From an uncultured Candidatus Saccharibacteria bacterium (GTDB lineage: Bacteria > Patescibacteriota > Minisyncoccia > Phycocordibacterales > PALSA-1337): a stretch of DNA of 64,000 nucleotides. The notes beneath the pieces were generated by a model. It had not been told where the DNA came from. It was given only the letters and a program-made list of their open reading frames with translations, and did no database searches. This document shows positions 58,769 through 64,000 of this stretch, in pieces. The translations under genes and the position numbers were made by a program. The DNA is taken from NCBI GenBank assembly GCA_964629235.1, contig CAZVQB010000001.1, forward strand, positions 4,431 to 68,430, written 5' to 3'. Numbering within the stretch: position 1 is the stretch's first letter; the number at the start of each line of letters is the position of its first letter.

Positions 58769-60151
58769 TCAATGCTTATACTCTATTGTAATCTTTTCTA
58801 CAGAATTTGGGAAGGACCTTAGCCAGAAAGGTGTGATTAAAGCATAAGCATTTGCTATTGCAGAATACTTTGCAAAAATAGCATTACTATCCTTCAAATT
58901 TATACCTTTTAATTCATCCTTTAACTTCTCTTCAGAGAAAGTACCAGTTATAGATATTGGCCCCTTAAGAGTGAAAATTAGTGGAGTCGCCTTTTTTGCT
59001 GAAAAATCCTTAATATTTGAAATATTAAATGTTAATTCTTTATCACCAGTTATATTGTAAGTATCAGATGGGAACTTTTTTATCTCTTTACCTGCTATGT
59101 ATTTTATCAATGTATCACTATTAAATATCGCTCCATAAGCTATTCCTTTAACTATAAGATCAGCATCTTCATTTGTCTTCATCACTGGTTCTGATACCTC
59201 GTATTCAATATTGTAAGCACCATCATAAAGTATATGATCTGGGGTAACACTTTCCTTTAATTTTGAAATTAATTGTTCCTTTAGACTATCCTGCATATCT
59301 TTAATAGCTGTCTTTTTTGATTCCTCATTTATAGTCATTTTATTACCAGAGTAACCACCTACCACATCAGTCTTTAATCTAGCATAGAAACCTGCATACT
59401 TTGGTGTACCTTGATATCCAGGAAGTTTAAAATCACCTTTCAAATCAGCAACTTTTAAATTGTACTTATCCCCAGCTTGATCAGCCACGATTGCTACAGA
59501 TACACTACCAGGTGTTGTTTTTTTACCAGGCACCACAACAGTTGATGAGGTTCTGTATACATTCCCTTGTGTATTTGAAAGTCTTGTACCGGCAACTATA
59601 GTCTGGGCTGTTGCAGAATAATTATTGTATATAATGGCTGTCCCTTTTGCTTTTGTCTGAACTAAAGGACCTTTAGTTGCAGGAATAGTTTGACTTAGCA
59701 TATCTGTGACAGAAATTACCTCATAACCAAATTCTTCTGTTGTATTTGATTGTGATTTTTTAGCAGTAAATGTACCGCTTATATCGAAATTTGTAATTTT
59801 AGGAGTAATGGTAACCACTGCTTTAGAATATGATAAAGACAGAGCAATACCTATAACAACCAATGAAACTAATACAATTATAAAAGTTAGTAAATATTTA
59901 TAAGAGCCTCCTCCAGAACTAGGCTTCTTTATTTTTGTTTTTCTTCGGTGAGATTTTTCTTCAACCTCTTCCTCTTTTTCCTCAACTTCGTCGTTTACCT
60001 CCTCTTGTTCTTGTTCCTCTTCTATTTCTTCCTCTTCTTCATCCTCTACTACAGGTCGTCTCTTCTCTTTAGTTATATTGATCTTACGGATAGAGCGTCT
60101 ATCCCCAGGTACAATATCTTGAACAATTTTTTTTCCAGTTTTTATTGCCAT
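58769..60151 (-). CDS. Membrane protein: acidic N-terminus, one TM, extracellular baseplate-J-like beta domain
   Basis: Poly-Glu tract, TM, KAKGTAIIYN, VAGTRL, ADQAGDKYN, GGYSG. Confidence 0.65.
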   Translation of the reverse strand: MAIKTGKKIVQDIVPGDRRSIRKINITKEKRRPVVEDEEEEEIEEEQEQEEVNDEVEEKEEEVEEKSHRRKTKIKKPSSGGGSYKYLLTFIIVLVSLVVIGIALSLSYSKAVVTITPKITNFDISGTFTAKKSQSNTTEEFGYEVISVTDMLSQTIPATKGPLVQTKAKGTAIIYNNYSATAQTIVAGTRLSNTQGNVYRTSSTVVVPGKKTTPGSVSVAIVADQAGDKYNLKVADLKGDFKLPGYQGTPKYAGFYARLKTDVVGGYSGNKMTINEESKKTAIKDMQDSLKEQLISKLKESVTPDHILYDGAYNIEYEVSEPVMKTNEDADLIVKGIAYGAIFNSDTLIKYIAGKEIKKFPSDTYNITGDKELTFNISNIKDFSAKKATPLIFTLKGPISITGTFSEEKLKDELKGINLKDSNAIFAKYSAIANAYALITPFWLRSFPNSVEKITIEYKH

Positions 60152-60171
60152 ACAAATTTGTAAATATTATA

Positions 60172-61302
60172 TCATACTCTGTCCTTTCTTAAAGCAAATG
60201 TGTATATCCTCATCATATTACTAACTTCAACTCCCTTACCAAACTTTATTTGATTACCAATAGATATTGAATCATAAGCTATTACATCAAAGTTTAATTT
60301 ATTTTGAAATATCAAAGCTTCTTTAAAAAGATCAAAATGGCTGTGTGCAGATAAATACACAGTTCTTGGAATACTTGTTATATCCAAAACCCCCTCAAAA
60401 GATTTTATACACAAATCACTCCATTCATGGACCAAGGGGGTAATGATTCTTTGCATATTTTCTTTTTCTTGTTCACTTAATTTATCACCTTGAAATAGAG
60501 ATATTAAAGAATCACTTGTTTCAACACTTTCATTTGATCCATTTGCTACTTTTCTTAAAACAGTTTTAATTCCAAAAGGAAAAGATATTATATGTTTACA
60601 CAATCCATCTTTAACAGCAATAAGGTCGGTCAATTCACTATGTACATGTATATAAAGATATTCATTCTTATTCTTCAAAACCTCTTGCATAGCAATATAT
60701 TGCATCAATAATGCCGAATGAATACTATGTTTCTTAACATGAATATATTTGTTTATCGTATCGTGTACCTTATCTAAAAACTGACTCGAGCCAAATGAAG
60801 TAGACAGAGAAACTTCTAAAGTATGTGCCTTTTTACCCTGAAACATTACTGCCGGATAGCCATTCAGTCTCACCTCAAATATTTTCTGTTCTACAGGTCT
60901 AATATCAGCAACTGCTGAATTGTTTTTTAATTCTTCTTTTATAATATTTTCTAGAATATCTGTAGTGATTTCAGTTTCTTTTTCATAATTAATCCTTACA
61001 GTTTTCAGTTTTGAATTGATCCAAGGATCTGAGAGTGTATAACTTACATAAGATATTGTATTTCTGCCATTATCTCTAGCGAGATGTTCTGCTACTTCAG
61101 CAATCAATTTTAGCATTTTCTTAACTAAATGCTCAGAATTTAATATTTGCGATTTGCCAGATATAGACTTGGTTACAACACAAGTAATAGTCGAGGGTTC
61201 ATTCGGTTTATCAACAACCAAAGCGCCTCTGACAAGACCACTTTGAATATCAATTATAATACTTCTTACTTCCTTTTTTTTATTGGAAAAAAGCGAAAAC
61301 AT
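60172..61302 (-). CDS. Divergent FtsA/PilM-like actin-fold protein
   Basis: IIDIQSGLVRGALV phosphate-1-like motif, HSELTDL..V, SFPFG. Confidence 0.6.
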   Translation of the reverse strand: MFSLFSNKKKEVRSIIIDIQSGLVRGALVVDKPNEPSTITCVVTKSISGKSQILNSEHLVKKMLKLIAEVAEHLARDNGRNTISYVSYTLSDPWINSKLKTVRINYEKETEITTDILENIIKEELKNNSAVADIRPVEQKIFEVRLNGYPAVMFQGKKAHTLEVSLSTSFGSSQFLDKVHDTINKYIHVKKHSIHSALLMQYIAMQEVLKNKNEYLYIHVHSELTDLIAVKDGLCKHIISFPFGIKTVLRKVANGSNESVETSDSLISLFQGDKLSEQEKENMQRIITPLVHEWSDLCIKSFEGVLDITSIPRTVYLSAHSHFDLFKEALIFQNKLNFDVIAYDSISIGNQIKFGKGVEVSNMMRIYTFALRKDRV

Positions 61303-61382
61303 GATTGCTATATTATAGCATGGAGAAATATGCAAAAGAAAAGACCCGCATTAGCGAGTCTTTAATCTTGTTAGAAGATTCT

Positions 61383-61718
61383 CTATTTTTCTATTGATGG
61401 AAGTCCTCTCTTCATCTTGTGTTTGATAAAGAAAAGAATACAAACCAGAATGAAACATAAAAGAATATCCAGATTCGAAAAATCGAAATATCTTTTGTAA
61501 AATAATGCGATCAGAACAAACATAATCGCTGAGAATGACACGACCACTATTTTCCTGAAAAACCTGGTAAGATAATCCATTAAAAATGGCATACTTACCA
61601 CGAAACCAATCGTCCCAGCAAAGAGTGTTACAAAAAGTGCAAAGAAGAGCAAGAACGAACCGAGTACAAGACTGTTCAATGTCCATCCTGCAGAACTATT
61701 ATTTTTAGTATTTTCCAC
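61383..61718 (-). CDS. Orphan multi-TM membrane protein
   Basis: Hydrophobic 111 aa; SD GGGAGG before GTG; hairpin 61340-61362 downstream. Confidence 0.6.
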   Translation of the reverse strand: MENTKNNSSAGWTLNSLVLGSFLLFFALFVTLFAGTIGFVVSMPFLMDYLTRFFRKIVVVSFSAIMFVLIALFYKRYFDFSNLDILLCFILVCILFFIKHKMKRGLPSIEK

Positions 61719-61765
61719 GAATTCCTCCCTTTTAGATCCGACAAAAATATAACTTAATTTGAGTA

Positions 61766-63541
61766 TTAAGTCAAAATTGCTTTTATCCTCCTTACTCCTT
61801 GCGAACTAGCTTCTTCCTTTTGAATTTTGAATTTTCCAAGCTCACTTGTATTCTTTACATGAGGACCTCCACAGAATTCTTTTGAATATGCAGTCTCTAA
61901 ATCATTACCGATAAAATATATTGACACCACATCACCATATTTTTCACCGAAGAAATGCCTAGCTCCAGTCTTCTCTGCTTCAGCTTTCGGCATGACTACA
62001 TTTTGTACTGGCAAACCAAGTTTTATTTTTTCATTTATTATATCTTCAACTTTTTTCTTTTCTTCATCAGTCATTTTTTTATCATATGAAAAATCAAATC
62101 TTAGTCTCTCTGGAGTTATATTTGAACCCTTTTGTCCAACTCCATCACCCAAAACATCGTGAAGCGCCTGATGTAAAAGATGTGTTGCTGTATGGTACTT
62201 TATAGACATTTCACTTGTATCTGCCAAACCTCCTTTGAATTTTTGTTCTGCTCCAGAACGAGATAGATCTTGATGTTTTTTGAATTCTTCATTGAATTTC
62301 TCTATATCAACAGAAAGTCCTTTTTCTTTTGCCAATTCTAAAGTTAATTCAAGAGGGAAACCATAACTTGAAAATAATACGAAAGCATCAGTTCCCTTTT
62401 CAAATTCTTTTAATCCTTTCTCCAGTGTCTTTCTGAATTTTTCTTCTTCAGTATTTATCTCATTCTTTATATAATCAGACTTTTCAGCAAGTACCGGATA
62501 TACTTCTTTATAGTTATTTACGACAATATCTACTAGATTTTTTAGACTAAATTCTTGCAACTTTATTTTATTTGCATTTACAATAGCTCTTCTTAGAAAT
62601 CTTCTCAATATATAACCTCTATCTGTATTTGAAGGTATTACTCCGTCACCTATTAGAAGTATTGATGATCGTATATGATCTGAAATGATTCTAGCTGATT
62701 TTAGATTCCAATCTCTTGATGAATTTTTTATATAATCCATCAAAGGCTTCAACAGATCTGTATCATAAATATTATCAACACCCTGTAGTGTCATTGTAAG
62801 TCTCTCAAGTCCTGCACCTGTATCTACTGATGGCTTTGGAAGTTTACCAACAATCTTCCCATCTTTCTTTTCATATTGCATGAATACATCATTCCAAACT
62901 TCTATAACATATCTTTCATCATCAGCTTTAATATATTCTTCATGAGTTAATCCTTTACCGTTAAAAGTATTTGAAACATCATAGAACATTTCCGTATCAG
63001 GACCACAAGGACCATTATCTCCCGCTTCCCACCAATTGTTCTTTGCTGGAAGATAAAATATTCTATTTCCTTCTATCCCATTTTCATCAAATATCTTTTT
63101 CCAAATTGAAGCAGCTTCTTCGTCTCTAGGTGCAATATCATCACCTTCAAAAACTGTTACATAAAGTCTCTTTGGATCGAGACCTAATCCTTGCTCTTTA
63201 TCTGTAAGAAATTTATAACTCCAATTTATTGCTTCCTCTTTGAAATAATCACCTAGAGACCAGTTCCCAAGCATTTCAAAAAAAGTTGCATGAGTCTTGT
63301 CGCCAATATCATCAATATCAACTGTTCTTAGAACCTTTTGTACATTTACTAGTCTTTTACCTTCAGGATGAGCTTTACCGAGTAAATATGGAACAAGCGG
63401 TTGCATTCCTGCAGTATTAAAAAGGGTGCTATTTGTAACTCCTTTATCATCACTAGTTACAAGAGAAGCTGAAGGGATAATAGCATGTTCCCTTTCTTTA
63501 AAAAAATTAAGAAATTTTGACCTTATTTCACTTGATTTCAT
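61766..63541 (-). CDS. alaS: Alanine--tRNA ligase, short form without C-Ala domain
   Basis: LFNTAGMQP, TFFEMLGNWS, DTGAGLERL, HTATHLL, EFCGGPHV, GVRRIKA at the C-terminus. Confidence 0.97.
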   Translation of the reverse strand: MKSSEIRSKFLNFFKEREHAIIPSASLVTSDDKGVTNSTLFNTAGMQPLVPYLLGKAHPEGKRLVNVQKVLRTVDIDDIGDKTHATFFEMLGNWSLGDYFKEEAINWSYKFLTDKEQGLGLDPKRLYVTVFEGDDIAPRDEEAASIWKKIFDENGIEGNRIFYLPAKNNWWEAGDNGPCGPDTEMFYDVSNTFNGKGLTHEEYIKADDERYVIEVWNDVFMQYEKKDGKIVGKLPKPSVDTGAGLERLTMTLQGVDNIYDTDLLKPLMDYIKNSSRDWNLKSARIISDHIRSSILLIGDGVIPSNTDRGYILRRFLRRAIVNANKIKLQEFSLKNLVDIVVNNYKEVYPVLAEKSDYIKNEINTEEEKFRKTLEKGLKEFEKGTDAFVLFSSYGFPLELTLELAKEKGLSVDIEKFNEEFKKHQDLSRSGAEQKFKGGLADTSEMSIKYHTATHLLHQALHDVLGDGVGQKGSNITPERLRFDFSYDKKMTDEEKKKVEDIINEKIKLGLPVQNVVMPKAEAEKTGARHFFGEKYGDVVSIYFIGNDLETAYSKEFCGGPHVKNTSELGKFKIQKEEASSQGVRRIKAILT

Positions 63542-63674
63542 AAAACAGAGTTTATCACGGAATCCATTTATTTTGAACTATTGCCTATTATGTAGCATTT
63601 GCTAATATTTTAATAGATGTCTGCACGAATAGACGAATCATCAGATTGAAAACTAAAATTGAAAAGGGGTATAA

Positions 63675-64000
63675 ATGAAAGCAAAATCAATATTTAATGG
63701 CAAAATGCCAGCGTTAAGTCACATCGATGGATTGTTGCATTTTGTTGATTGTGTGATAAAAGCAATGGCCACAGATGAAAATATAGACTACGTTGCGACC
63801 TTGAAGTCGAAACTCGAGGCTCAAGCAAAGTGTAGTGATGTTCAAGGTTCTGCGATAACGGCATTACGAATCTTTAAAGTGTTGAGTCCAGTATCTGCCT
63901 CGCAGTACCCAGCAGCAAATAACAAAAATCAACTTGTCTGGAATTGTTTTTTATACGATCGAAATTTAAATCTCTATGTAGGTTGTCTACAATGGTTCGC
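63675..64000 (+). CDS. Orphan hypothetical protein, runs off the window end
   Basis: AAGGGG SD-like motif, ATG 63675, no stop through 64000 (MKAKSIFNGKMPALSHIDG...). Confidence 0.55.
   Translation, partial: MKAKSIFNGKMPALSHIDGLLHFVDCVIKAMATDENIDYVATLKSKLEAQAKCSDVQGSAITALRIFKVLSPVSASQYPAANNKNQLVWNCFLYDRNLNLYVGCLQWF

Noticed and set aside
58769-60151. Prophage or contractile injection system suggested by the baseplate-J-like domain
   Set aside because: No other phage structural genes; the gene has a TM anchor and lies in a core neighbourhood
61351-61686. Second 111-aa minus-strand ORF overlapping 61383-61718
   Set aside because: No SD and it runs into the terminator; the other frame has an SD and coherent TM helices

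Overview
AT-rich bacterial chromosome segment that reads as Patescibacteria/CPR (Parcubacteria-like; inferred from gene content, shortened AspRS/AlaRS and gene order; standard code 11). The backbone is housekeeping: dprA, serS, ftsQ-like, D,D-carboxypeptidase, dus, dnaX, tRNA-Gln, typA, rmuC, recR, dnaB, cysS, ctpA, murE/femX/M23/gltX/murG/ftsW/scpAB, aspS, trpS, an RND pump, dnaJ/dnaK/grpE, the infA-rpmJ-rpsM-rpsK-rpsD-rpoA-rplQ-rplM-rpsI cluster and alaS. An accessory island of about 12 kb follows tRNA-Gln (decayed XRE gene, NUDIX, GT9, GT4-nucleotide-kinase fusion, GT2, second kinase, HD hydrolase, pyruvyl-transferase-like, EEP, 2OG-Fe(II) oxygenase). Best candidates for new biology: (1) a 98-aa ORF directly upstream of dnaK ending in a RAP arrest-peptide-like motif whose codons overlap mutually exclusive RNA hairpins, a possible ribosome-stalling chaperone sensor; (2) a cassette array between dnaJ and dnaK built from 135-bp terminator+promoter direct repeats, carrying an alphaCTD-like protein, a ClpP-like protease and an orphan; (3) a highly structured ~450-nt promoter-to-terminator unit upstream of dnaX; (4) housekeeping genes that look leaderless while interspersed orphan mini-cassettes often carry Shine-Dalgarno motifs. 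All calls were made by eye without database searches.
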